A stretch of 55,509 nucleotides of DNA, filler included, from Sphacelaria rigidula (Eukaryota): assembly GCA_964200075.2 (NCBI GenBank). It is 4 parts of 4 records of this genome, joined end to end, with 100 filler letters (N's around TTAATTAATTAA, not from the genome) between each part and the next. Parts side by side here need not be neighbours in the genome. Positions count along the whole stretch, not along the records: positions 27,808 to 41,609 come from CAXNAA020002658.1; positions 41,710 to 55,509 come from CAXNAA020002659.1; 2 more parts are not named here. One strand, 5' to 3'. A model generated the notes under the pieces. It was not told where the DNA came from, did no database searches, and saw only the letters and a list, made by a program, of their open reading frames with translations. Position 1 is the first letter of the stretch; each line of letters starts with the position of its first letter. The position numbers were made by a program, and so were the translations under genes. Shown in pieces: positions 35,662-47,800 of the stretch.

Positions 35662-37179
35662 CAATGAGCCGTTGCCGAGTTGAACAAGGTACAGCAGCAC
35701 GCTGCACAGGAATGTTTTGCCGCAAAAAACAAAACTGTTTTACAAAAACGCCCGGTGATGTGGAAGCCACAGTGATGTACAAAGAACATGCCGAGAATGT
35801 TCCACGCACTCAATTTTTCCGAAAGTGCCTCCCTCTACAATGTCTTTGTGCCACGAGGGCTACTTCGCACTCTGGCACCTCGGGTATACCACACATGTCC
35901 TACGCCGGCGGTTCCGTCGTCGACCTCCGTCCGAATTATCGTATTTCCGAACGACATCCGGTAACAAGTGCCATGCTTTGTACAGCCACGACCACTGCTG
36001 TATATTTTTATGCAACAGTAGCTTGCTTCCCTTGACCATATATTTTCGACTTGTGTCACCCCCGGGAGGCCCGGATCTACCTCTCGAAGGCAAACCTTGT
36101 ATAATGTGGGATCTCTGTACTTAATCAAAAGGGATTAAAGTATGTGGGAGGGGTCACGTTTTGGGCAGGCTCTTGAAAATTTCTGATTGGTTCTGAAAAT
36201 ATATTCTGAAAAAAACGAAACACTTTTCTGTCACAGAAATCCAATGCCGAATCTGAAATTGCCTGAGACAACAACCAATTTGAAAATTGGAATGGGTAGG
36301 GTGAAATGGAACTTCTGCGGCGAAATGAGGTGGTATGCCACGTAAGAGGACGTGTGTCACTGGTTTGGTTTTGATCACCCCCTCGCACACGCGGGTCAGG
36401 TCCGTGGTGTTGCGATATACTCCCAGCAACGTTTTCGCCAGATTGGGTCTAGTATTTGATTGGAAGTGGGTTTCAAGATTTGTTCCGACCTGACCAATTG
36501 TTAACTTCATGTGGGCTTTCTCCCTTGTGACAATCTCGTATGCAATGATATTTTTCCCAGGGATACAAGGGTTCGGCAAGCTACTACAGGAAGCATATAG
36601 AGCCTCGTACAAGAAACCCCTGGTGAAGCATTTCGCCAGTGAAACTGTTTCAGGCCATGATCGGTCATTCCTGGATATCTGAAGTTCTAGATTCCTGCCG
36701 ATTAATGAGACCAATGCAGTACAGGTTAACATTAGGTTCATCGCATGGCCAGGAGCTTTCACTCCCGCTCCTTGCCTGGCTCGGCGAAGTATTCCCCGGG
36801 AAAAGCCAGTCGATGGATGGATCAGAATTTCATTTTCGATTGGTACTGACTCGACCAAATGCTAGACCCTCAATCTGACGAATAACCCGTTTGCCGCTCT
36901 CGTGCTGCACTAACGTGTGTCCCCTACCTCGGTAAGGCATGCACATAAACCCAAGGGTTATCAACATTCCATCAAAAAACATATTTGCGGATTTACTTAC
37001 GCCTCGTCGACTAACCACCTTGTTGGCAGTTCGTCAGCGCGCCGAAATAATGCCTTGAAGCCAACTTGACTTGATTTTAGTAGAGAGTGTGCCTATGCAG
37101 CTGATTTCTGAATACCGCTGTGCCGACATCAAATGCAGAATTCTCCTGTGCTACGGAGATTCTTGGATGAACAAAGATA

Positions 37180-37303
37180 TGTCCTTCTTTTTCCCATTTC
37201 CTTAGAGCGTGTTCAAGTTTCGTGTCTCGTGGGTACGTCTATCATGAGACCACGGCTGGATCCCTGGGGGGTCAGTTAAAGTGCGACAATCAATAACAAA
37301 AAA
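37180..37303 (+). mobile_element. Retroposon 3'-end fragment
   Basis: GGGTACGTCTATCATGAGACCACGGCTGGATCCCTGGGGGGTCAGTTAAAGTGCGACAATCAATAACAAAAAAAA. Confidence 0.7.
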
Positions 37304-38549
37304 AATGTACCAACGTACAGAGGATGAAGAAAAAAAAAAGTAATCCGTTGCAGACATCTTGACCGGAGTACATCCATGCCGCGAATGAAACAACGTGGCA
37401 CAAGTTAGAACAACTCTTGCAAATGCCAGGACGTCACGGGGTCCTTGACTTTCGGTATAGTAGACGGCCCGTGTGTAACACTGTAAAGGTGTTGTGCTGA
37501 CTTTCCGGACCGGAAAAATGGCTGCCAACAGGATCCAGACTACAAGAAGTACGGAAATGACGTGTCATCTGCCTCAAGTACAACATGAGGCAAGAATGTG
37601 AACCTGTGCATGAAGCTCCGAGAGCTTTGACGCGTCAGCAAGAGCCATGTGCGGCTCAACCGCCGTGATTTCAACATGTGGCTTTTAGTGAACGCTTCAG
37701 CCGCATTCGACTGTGCTCTGACACCCGGTGAAGAAGTTGATACTCATCCTTATTCACACAGCACCTGATGTAGCAAGCTAACTCGACATGCATAGCTTGG
37801 GCACATGCTCCCCAGTGCACCACGCTCCACCGTGACGCGCAGTTTCCGCGGATGAAACGGCTCAAGTCTCGCCTGCTCGATTCCGACTTGAATCGATGAG
37901 AAATACAAAGTCCGTCTGGAGATTAGGTGGCCAAGATGCCCTTTGCGCCATCAACCCCTTATTCATGAGAAAAACGCCGTGGAAACTTTCCCACCGCAAA
38001 CTCGGGGAAAGGCGAGTTATCAATATGGGCAACCCGAATATCGATTTCATGCTGTCGAATCAGTGGGGGTAGACACCACTCCTGCCGAAATTAGGTCAAG
38101 ACAGGCTTGGCAAACGCACCGTGAAGTGTCAGCACTTGAATCGACCGGTCCTGACCAACTCATGTTATTTTGAAAATAAAATGCGCGCTGATGTTGCTCA
38201 GCTGTTGTTTTGACTGTTTCAGTACATTCAAGACCCCATCAAGTGTCGAAAAAGTACTGCATGGCACGTACGACGACTACGACGAAAACATCCCCAATGC
38301 ATTTTTCGTTTCCAGTTAAACTCCAGTTCCAGCTCAACTGCCAGTTCAAACTGGTCCAGTTCACAGCCCTATGAAAAAGGAGTCTTGTGTAGCGAGTAAA
38401 GAGCAGTTCTGAACCCCAAATGTGGCATAGTGCGACTCAGTCCACCTACGAGGGGGTCACTGTCTAAGGGCTAAGTGAAACAATCCATCGGTTTTTCGCC
38501 TTTCCCTGCTGAGTTCAGATATTCTCTGCCGTAAGTCCCTAATTCCGTA

Positions 38550-39164
38550 CGAGCTGGGCCAGCTGACTGATTTTTTAACGAAGAGTGGAGATGCCATTAG
38601 TCATTCGAAGAGTCAGGCGCTGCAAAATTGACACCACATTTTCATCATCAACCCGCGAGACCCTACAGTATGAGTAGCGCAAAGTAAAGAAAAAAAAACA
38701 GGAAGTTAGAGCGAGTTGAAGTTTCAGCAAAAACAGGGAAAATGCTAAAACAGGGAAAATGCTAAAACTTGCTCAAAAATTGATAAAAACGACGACAACG
38801 CTTCAACACATACGGCTACTCGCGTCAACGACATCCTGGTAAACGTTTAGGCCGAAAATAGCTCAACTTGGGCTTTGCGTCGCACTTTTCGTGTGACACG
38901 GCTGCGCAAGTTTTATTCAAGTGATACAGGAAAGTACAATTATGGAGGTCATGAATTCAAATCCCGGCAAAATCTCATTTTTTTCGTCCGTCGTTAAGGT
39001 CATATATTATACAGTGTATTTCTTTCTCTTCATTCAGCGGCGGTGCCATGTGTTACCAGGTTGGTCAGCACTGCAAAACGATATGCTCAACTCGCGCTGT
39101 TTTGGAAAACTTGAGAAGCTGTGGTGTGAAAAGCGAATGCAGGATTTACTGGTGGCCTAGCTTG
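38550..39164. mobile_element. TA-flanked TIR element related to 28152-29350
   Basis: TA|CGAGCTGGGCCAGC ... GGTGGCCTAGCTTG|TA. Confidence 0.55.
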
Positions 39165-41609
39165 TACTCACATCAGTATCTGATCTGCTCGCGGCTGGAA
39201 AATACTGATCGTCAATGTGTGCGCAGCGGTGCGTGTAATTTAGCTGGAGTTCTTGGGGGAAGGAGCAACCATTTTTTCCTACAGTTGGATGCGAACATGG
39301 CTGTAATTTCCTGCTTCGTCAAGTTTGCTACTCGCAATCCCACCGTGTATAGTGTTTGAGCGGGGTGGTGAAAAACGTGACACGAAACCACGAGCAGTTT
39401 GGGGCGCCGTTGGTGGGATATCATTCATGCGTTTCGCGTGACAATCCACGAATAGCTCTAAGTCCACGCCAACGATAGCGCAGGAGCAGCTTCTGCAGCA
39501 AAGTCCGTAGAGTGCAATGGTAGGAGTACTGTCTGGAGCGACAGCGTGCACCATCTACGACCCCGTTGAGGCTACAAGACATGTACGGAGTGTTGATCAT
39601 TGAATTGAGGACCAGTCTTCAGTGCAGAGGGATGTGATGTGACGTGCCTTCTGTGTGTGCAGTACTTCCTCAAATGGGCCGGACAAGCGAGTGTTTGTGC
39701 TGGCTCATCGGACGCATCCTTCGCTCGTTGTTCTTCTTCCATGGCACATGAGCTCTGTCAGGCAATTTGCTAAAGAACTGACTGCCCGCCTACGCTTGTA
39801 CAGAAGTTTAGGACAAAGATAGGAATATCGGCAAGACAGGTACGGACAGACCAACAGTACGAGTACAACAGTGTACAACAGCACGACAGCTCTGTCTACG
39901 CCAATGAACTTTTTGGGCTCTACACTTGGTATGATACAACAGCAGCATCGCACTTCAAAAACGTCCATGTACATCATATGATCTCACCTGATATGTACTG
40001 CAGTAGCTTGACCAAGCGCCGGGCCTCGGAGCCCTGCCTGAGCTGATAACTACGATACAGTTACGACCCAGACTCGCACATTGACATTGCCTGGCCAACA
40101 TGAGGCAGGTAGCAGTGTGACGCCGGGGGTTAGTGTCCCACCACCACCCTCAAAATAAAGACGCGACGGAGTCTAAGGAGTGTACAGAACCTCATATCTA
40201 ACTAAATCGATACAAAGCTGTAGTATATGTCTGAGGCTACCTTCTGATTACAGTCTGGCTCGATTCCACCGAGTACAGCTCACAAACCAGCGATGGATAC
40301 CCCTAAAAAGAGTTGTAACTATTTGTACAAGCAAAATCGTCATTCTCCAACATGCACGTCCTTCACACGACAGAAGATTACTCACTACTGACGAATGTAA
40401 CGGAGCCGTAACTCTACAGACAGGTACTGTTAGACACTAGCCATCGCTCAAGCTCTGGAAGACTTCAATTGAGTGTCGAAACAGTGCAATATCTGTAGTA
40501 GATGATCTTCACTTCACCTCAACTTCCAATTTTTGGACAACAGTGTTGGCCGCCAAGAAGTCAAGGACTGGTAGGTACACGTTTTATCTACACAGAGTAA
40601 TTTGATTTGTGTCGCTAGCTGCCGTTTGCATCGAGATATTGCCATCTCGGTGAGGGGTGTTACAACATGTGAGGTGCGGGTGCGGCATTAAAACCCATCG
40701 GGTCACATGTGATATCCACGTTGAGCAGGCCGCGTCCACCTGGTTTGTTGCGTGGGGATTATTTTCTCCCGCAAGCATGCATGCAACAATTGACATTGCC
40801 CGCCAGTGGGAAAGACGTTCCAGACGTGTGCTTGTCATTGTCGCCGGGGCGGCGCATGAAGCGTGCTTGCTGGATCGCCGCGCAAGGTATAAACGCACAC
40901 TCAAGGTCTGCTGATTCCTTGTGTCGTCAGTGATTCTGTAAGCTGTCGGAAACAAAGGAGAGATTCCACGGAAAGGGCGTCAGGGTTTGCTCCGAGGCAT
41001 AGGTGCAGTAGTCACATCGACTGTCCGGTGTGATGGGGACCGAAGTTTGGTGGGCAATAACTAAGGGTTAGGGACGGAGAATATCGTCCGATGTTCCTCC
41101 AGCGTGCAGCACTTGGAACCACTGTCCTGCGACATGGAGGGTGGCTTTACGTGTTCCATTTTTATCACGTACCCCCCCCCCCCCATCAGCACACAACATA
41201 TACACATAGGACGCCATAAATTCGGTTATCGGATTTCAATTTTGTATGGCATGCAGAAATTGGGGATAGCTATCGGTACGTGAAGGAATGCAGGCATATT
41301 TTAAAAAATGGTCCACACATATGAAGATTGTAATAAACCGACTTATCATCGTCAATGAAAATCGTTGTCCTCATTAATCACGATCGGTTGTTATCAATCA
41401 CACCAAATATTCGTGGCGGTTCGCCCGCTGTGCAGAGCGCTATGAACGCCGCCTCACGACTGGAGTCCACGCGCGTGTGGTGGTCGTGTTGCACAGTAAT
41501 TTATAAGGTTTTCTGCAGCACCACGTCTTGATCATCATTCAACAACAAATTGTGCGAATTGAGGTTTAACTCCGAGACAAGGTTCAAGCCTAAAACAAAC
41601 AATGTTTTC

Positions 41610-41709
41610 NNNNNNNNNNNNNNNNNNNNNNNNNNNNNNNNNNNNNNNNNNNNTTAATTAATTAANNNNNNNNNNNNNNNNNNNNNNNNNNNNNNNNNNN
41701 NNNNNNNNN
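41610..41709. other. Artificial scaffold linker
   Basis: N44-TTAATTAATTAA-N44. Confidence 0.98.
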
Positions 41710-43066
41710 CAAAATGATGCCGATTCACGAAGATTCACAAAACAAGAATCAGCACTTTAGTTCCCAAAGGGTTAAACTGGACTGTAGTGAAGTGCGTTCA
41801 CTGACTAATTGTAGTTGGGTTAGGCTGGTTGCGAAAGGCTGTCCCGGTCGGTTGTCGCCCGTTTGCTAGTATATCGCCTGTCTGGACGCTTGCAATCACA
41901 TCCGCCTGGTGTCTCTTACATAATCCTGTATGCCTCGCAGCATTCTCCCCTGCCGCGGTTACTATGTTGACGTTCGGTAGGCAAGTGAGGGGGGGGGGGG
42001 GGGAGTACACCGGGGGGCAATAAGCTGCCCCGACCGCTCTTACAGCTTCTTCTGCGGAACGTCTAGCAGCATCCTGGCCGTGCTTCTCAGCCATCTCTTC
42101 CAGCTGAACATTAATTGCATATGGGCAGCTCTTCAGCTCTTTCACATGTGGTGACGGGATTTCCACTTGCTCGGCCGTATCATTGTCGCCGTGTGGTGTG
42201 GCTTCCTATGCTCGCCAAGTCTTGATGCAGCCCACCGGAACGGTGCACCATTTAATTTCAAGTATACCAGTGCATGAGTGTAAGTTCAAGTACACTTATG
42301 TGGCATATTCGTCCACCGAACTCAAATTGACGTTTTTTCCCACTGACGAAGATCACATATGGGAGATTGTACGGTTTTGCGAGAGATCTATCGATGCATA
42401 CAGTTGGACACACTTCGCACGTTGCGTGGTATTATTGGACAAACCCAACCCGACCGCTCCGGGGCTTCATTTTTCGGTGCATCCATGACGTATGCTTCTG
42501 GAGTCTTTTTTGGTCTTCCACAATAAAAATGATTGCCGTCGGTTTTTCTGTTTCCATCTTTTCTTCTTTGTCAGAACTTGAAATAATGAGGCGTCCGGCC
42601 CGGGGACGGGGGAGGGTTCCGAAAGAAATTATTAACGTGATCGCACACGCCCGTCAGGATTCATACAGGAGTTATATTTGAAAGTCACCTAAAACGCCTT
42701 TTCAAGACGCCGCAAACGCTCAGCGTTTTGTTACATCACCGGAAGAAGTGGTCAAACGCAAAACTATTCATGCTTTCGGGTCAACAGAAATTGATTAAAA
42801 ACGTTATTACTGAGGATATTTTTTGTTTTCAATGAGAAAGGACCTTAAACAAGGCAACGAATCCCGGAATCAACTACACATGCTGCCGTCAACAAGTACT
42901 ATATGAGGCATGTGTAGTACCACTAGCTGTACCCGCCCTCTCCGTGATTTCATTCCTAACTCTGAATGTGCTGGCTTCGCGGGACGATCGGCTGATATCC
43001 CTCCAGTCCTCTCCCTCCGGTTTCATAGCTACTTCCGAGTACCTGCTCAATGCGTCAGTTTCTTAC

Positions 43067-43195
43067 CTCACCAGACTTGTTCATGGATCGCAGAGCACGA
43101 TTGACCTCCTGGAAGATAGAAGCAGGGCTAACACCCGCCGCATGCATCAGCAGCGACCTCCTCGTGTAGTCGTGCGCCTCTAGGGAAGTCTTTGC
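43067..43195 (-). CDS. Ankyrin gene exon C (frame not in the ORF track)
   Basis: AKTSLEAHDYTRRSLLMHAAGVSPASIFQEVNRALRSMNKSGE|GTAAGA. Confidence 0.75.
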
Positions 43196-44837
43196 CTGGT
43201 GAACAACGAAGGCAAATACACACCACAGTGACAGTGACGTGGCTCACAATACATGAGAAGGAGATTGAAAAGTACGAAATACTGGCACTCTGTGTTGTAT
43301 CCAGCCGACAAGCACGCATCAAACCTTGTACTTCACTGTCAACTAGAAAGACCGGCTCGAAAAGTGTGTACGTAGACATGTTGTACATGACATTTCGATG
43401 GATTAAGTCAATAACGAGCGTAAACGTGCTGCGTACCTATACCCAAGAGGTAGATGAGTATCCTTGATTCTTCTAGCTGTCGTCTACATAGCCATGACAT
43501 CAAATACTCCTCAAACGGATTCGTGGTATGATAAATATACAACGGACGCGATACGCACACACGTAGAGGTGTTGTTTATTCCAAGGGTAAGTCATGTCGA
43601 AGGAATCGTGTATCGCACTCATCGTACTAAACACCTCGGTCTGTTCGATCTCCTCCATAATGGACACCACTATGGCCACGTTTCCGCTTTTGACCCCGAG
43701 CATAGCCACGGTCATCCCGAACCGATCTCGGTTGGCAAGTTGCATTCGCATTTCCACGTCCCTCCGCAGCTGTTCGGGTGATCAGACAGGTGGCCGATCC
43801 CAAAAAGCAGAAACAAACGAAAGCATCGGCAACAGAAAGTTCGCCAGGTGGAAAAAGATTCGTCAAGTAACCCAGCATTCTCCCCAGACCTCTACATTGA
43901 TCACCGCGTCGACTTCTTGCAATGGTATACAACGGCCCCGAAAATGTCCACATGGTGTAGTGGCAACATGCGTCGAAAAAGGAAGTCCAATGCGCTCGGC
44001 CGGGAGATGTTGGTTCTCCATAGGTAGTATGCAATTCATGCCGCCGCGCCCCGGTGGTGCAATGGTCCGACTGTCGCCATTAGGGTGGAGAGCACGAGGT
44101 TTCGATTCCTGATGCGCTGGTTTTTTTCTTCGTAGTATCTGATTTCCACCATGGAAAGCGTGAGAACGTGAGTAAACAAAGTAGTTGACTGAATTTGTTC
44201 GACGTGAGTTGACGTGGTGCTGGAGTGCTGTCCCAATCCTCGAGACCAAAATGCAAGGCGTGTACCGGGGAGAAATGGGTTGATCCCTTGAGATCACGGA
44301 GTCGTCCCGAGGAGGGGTAAGGGTTCGAAAGTGCGACCAACAAAAAAAAATGAAGAGTGAAAAATAAAAATAAAAAATAAAAAATGAAGAATAAAAATTG
44401 AAATTCACGCGGCACCGAAACACAGTTCTCCCGCGCCAACCTATATACGTAAAAGGTCGGCTACGGCATTCTTTCTCAAGATGAATGACTTGTTCCCGAG
44501 TGTGCGTGTGAAAATAAAACTACATCCGGATGACAATCGCATTAAAAAAATGGCCAATTGCAGTACGAACCTTGTTGGTGAACTGTCGATCGAAAGCGTT
44601 CAGCACGGCCGACCACTTGGCCGCCTCTCCAGTTGCCGCGGCCGCCATGAGGGGGGTTCGAAGATTATGTTTCATCAGCAGGCTGGGCGTGTTCAAGGCG
44701 GACGTGATCCCTTCGGGAATATTTGACAACAAGGAACGCACATCATCGACGCTGCCTTGCTCAATCACAGTGAGCAGGTCGTGTGAGGTGTCCATCATTT
44801 TAGCGGAAAACTTGCGCTCGTGCCTTAGGTTCGGGAC
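43067..44837 (-). CDS. Ankyrin-repeat protein, partial (three phase-0 exons; 3' end not found)
   Basis: Exons 44837-44571, 43769-43635 and 43195-43067 are all CAG|...|GT, multiples of 3 and stop-free. A possible 33-nt first exon at 45052-45020 (MRERRWADSKQ) has a weak donor. Confidence 0.75.
43635..43769 (-). CDS. Ankyrin gene exon B
   Basis: LRRDVEMRMQLANRDRFGMTVAMLGVKSGNVAIVVSIMEEIEQTE. Confidence 0.75.
44043..44398 (+). mobile_element. tRNA-derived SINE, family B (copy 2), antisense in an ankyrin-gene intron
   Basis: A box GGTGGTGCAATGG, B box GGTTTCGATTCC and long A-rich tail. Homologous to 2891-3211. Confidence 0.82.
44571..44837 (-). CDS. Ankyrin gene exon A
   Basis: VPNLRH...LLTVIEQGSVDDVRSLL...HNLRTPLMAAAATGEAAKWSAVLNAFDRQFTNK. 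Confidence 0.75.
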
Positions 44838-47800
44838 CTGCTGAGCGTTCGCGAAACAAAACGAAATAGAGGAAACGAGATAATAAAAACAGGGGGAAAG
44901 CGCCCGCATCGCGGTTCGGGTGGTTGGAACAATCAAGCACCGGCTTAGCGTGGTCATCAAAAGGGTGGACGCCACGTAGTTACAACAGTAAAGTAGCAGG
45001 ACTAAGAATTTAGCATGACCTGCTTGCTGTCGGCCCAGCGGCGTTCGCGCATATCGGATGACTCCGTTTGCCGTTGATGACGTCTCTTACATCATTCGTG
45101 TGGTGATCCCGCTCGAACTAGTAAGCACGAAGGCTGATCATTCACGAATCGGACGAATCGTCGCCGGTTCGAATGACCAAATCTAAGGTTTTTCAGGCTT
45201 GATTGCTCGAAAGAGAGAAAAAAAGGTTGACCGCTAGTCAAAAAGGTCTCCACGCAAGTTTTGGGCCATTCCACGTGCCTGGAGTGCGCGTACCTGGGTT
45301 GCAAAGCTGAAAACAAAGCCTAAGGATTGACTCGTACGGTACGAATCAATGACACTAAAATCAAGTAATTCCCCGACGAATCATCAATTTGTCCGACCCT
45401 TGTAGTCATTCATTCCTCAAAATCACTGAGTAGTTTTACGTACTTCAGTACGAAGTAGTGGGAAGGAGGCGTGTCTGCTTGCTCAGGGCACTTCTTGATC
45501 CTCTCAACGCCAGGGTGGATCACACGATCCCTATATTCTTCGAGTGAAAATAATGCAGAGTTTTCGTCAGGGTCAAGGACTGAAATTGCTAGGCTAACAA
45601 CACGAAAATTCAACCCCAGACTCTCCTGTGGTCGTGGATACGTTGAGGGTCGACATTGGTAAGGTCATACTACCTCTGTTCACGTTGCAGCAAGCAACAA
45701 TATGCCGATCGACACTGTTCCTACCTTACTTGGGCTGACATGAATTATTTTGTAAATTTTACTCGTCGATCTTCACGATCTCGACAATACGCTCGACACC
45801 CGGTAAGTATCCATTTATCAGTCTCATCAGGCTGACAAAAGCTGAGCTGAAAAAGTTGCGGTAAAGAAAAACAAAAAATGCCTTTCCCAAAATCTCAATT
45901 GTGCGACGTCGACATACAACATGTGCAGGGCAATTTTGGACGCAATAAGTGCATCGTCCCACAGCGCATCAGAGGGAGAAAGACGGTTCAAAATTATCGA
46001 GACTGGTTTCGACGTCGAACCTCAATCGCGAAAGTTCTACCCGTTTAGCGTCCACGCGCCAGCAGACGGCATTTTTTCGCCCGCCGAGGGTTTGAACTTG
46101 TTATTTTAGCGCAAAACACACCGCCTTCATGTTCACTGTTTTAGCCGTCACGACCTGCTGCGGCTCCTGACAGTTCCGTGGAGGATGGCAATCTCGCAGG
46201 AGATAAAGATAATGGCAGGACTCTCGGACATTAAAGCAATTTCGGATATATATTTTTTTCAACAATTATAGAATCGCAGGAGCCTGACATGGTATAGCAG
46301 TCAAGTCGGGGTTTCATTGCCGGCTAGCCTGTGTGTGTGCAACGCTATAGCAGATCCGATGGCTGCGCCTGTGTGCCTTCGTAATCCCCTAGTGTTGCCG
46401 TGGACAGTTACACCAGGGGAGCGCGATTGCAGAGCAGCTACTGGCGGTATGCGAATATTACCATGAAGGGGTACGCGCTATGTGCGTGGTGAGGGAAAGC
46501 CGGACTCCCTCCTCGTTGGTTTCCACACGGAGGCGTTGTCTCTTCGGCGAAAAAACGTCCCGAAACCCCGGCGGAGAAGAGAGAGAAAAACGGCCTGCTG
46601 GCATATGAGCAATGAAGGAGTTACAAACTCATCTGCTGCTTTTTGCGAGGTTTGACCACCACCAGCTCAGTTATTGAAGATAGCCGCGGTTATGACGTGA
46701 AGGGGCCTCGGTACCGGCGAAGACAGAGCGCAGCATGATGGCACCCCTCTATGTTGTTGTGCACTGACTTTGTTGTCAGTTCAAACTGCGCTTGGCAGAG
46801 CTGGGAAAGCGAACTCAGGTACCTCTCCTCTGTGAACGTTTGAGGCATGATTACCATCTGAATGACACCCCGGAGCCGAAACCTCCCCGCACCGGGATAG
46901 ATATCACCGTTCAAGTCCTGTTACTTGAAAAGGCGTGCTGCTGTCGGAAGCCACGGACGTAAATGGGACCGTGTATTGGCATAGTACACAAGTGCGCTGT
47001 GCTTGAGTGATATCGTGCTCATATTATCGGACATTGGTTAGCTTTCTAGTTACTCTAGAATGCACTCCGGGGAACCGAGATATTGGACTAGTACAAATTC
47101 TATAGCAGGCATGGAACCTACCCAAAAGCTACCGAAAAAATAATTGCTTGGCCGACCAGTATTTCACCGATCATGGCCAAAGACGTAACCGACCTGTAAT
47201 ACGAAGTATTGCACTGGAATATGGCAATATGAAATGCCGCATCCCGAGATGCTATTACCTAGTACCCAGTCTCATCCTACGACAGAGCAGGGGGGGAGAG
47301 GGGGGGGGGGGGGGTTCGCAATGTATCAGTCCAGTCTGGCGTCGTGGCTCGTTCCACTTTGCAGTTTACACTTTGGAATTTTCGGTTCACGATCGTGGCA
47401 GCCGCGCCACGGGATCAATCCGCTCGTGCCCTGGGCGCCTAGTCTGCGGCCTGTAATGTATTCCCTTGACCAATGTGTGAGTGTCGTCTTTCGAATGCAG
47501 CGTGTAGCACACCTCCCATCTCTCTTGTGGTGGAATACGACAAAAAACAGCGGAAGCAAAACTTCATTGGCCTACAGGTTGGTTCAGGCTCACCACCCAA
47601 AAAACACTCATCGGCAAAACCTCACGCCGTTTTAAAGTGTTGGACCCTGAAATTTTGCACAGATGTTCTATGGGGCTTTACGCCACTTTCGAAGAACGAG
47701 GTTTTTCGATTTTTTTCACCTTTTTCACCGTTTTTCGGAGGTGCCAGTATTTTCGGGGAAACATTCATCCAATCGGACCACCATAAAACGGTGAGGAAAA

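Larger units (their letters stand above)
34487..35690. repeat. Dispersed repeat, copy interrupted by two insertions
   Basis: Matches 31524-31970 in three blocks: 34487-34622, 35071-35405 and 35658-35690. Confidence 0.8.

Noticed and set aside
36154-36858. 234-aa minus-strand ORF
   Set aside because: Non-ATG start, no recognisable domain, and it lies in transposon-like sequence. Treated as a chance ORF.
38940-38990. Third SINE head (GAATTCAAATCCCGG plus T run)
   Set aside because: B-box-like motif only. No A box or second copy seen.
6697-44837. Gene cluster of FNIP + KamA-like + ankyrin genes
   Set aside because: The genes lie on three different, artificially joined scaffolds.
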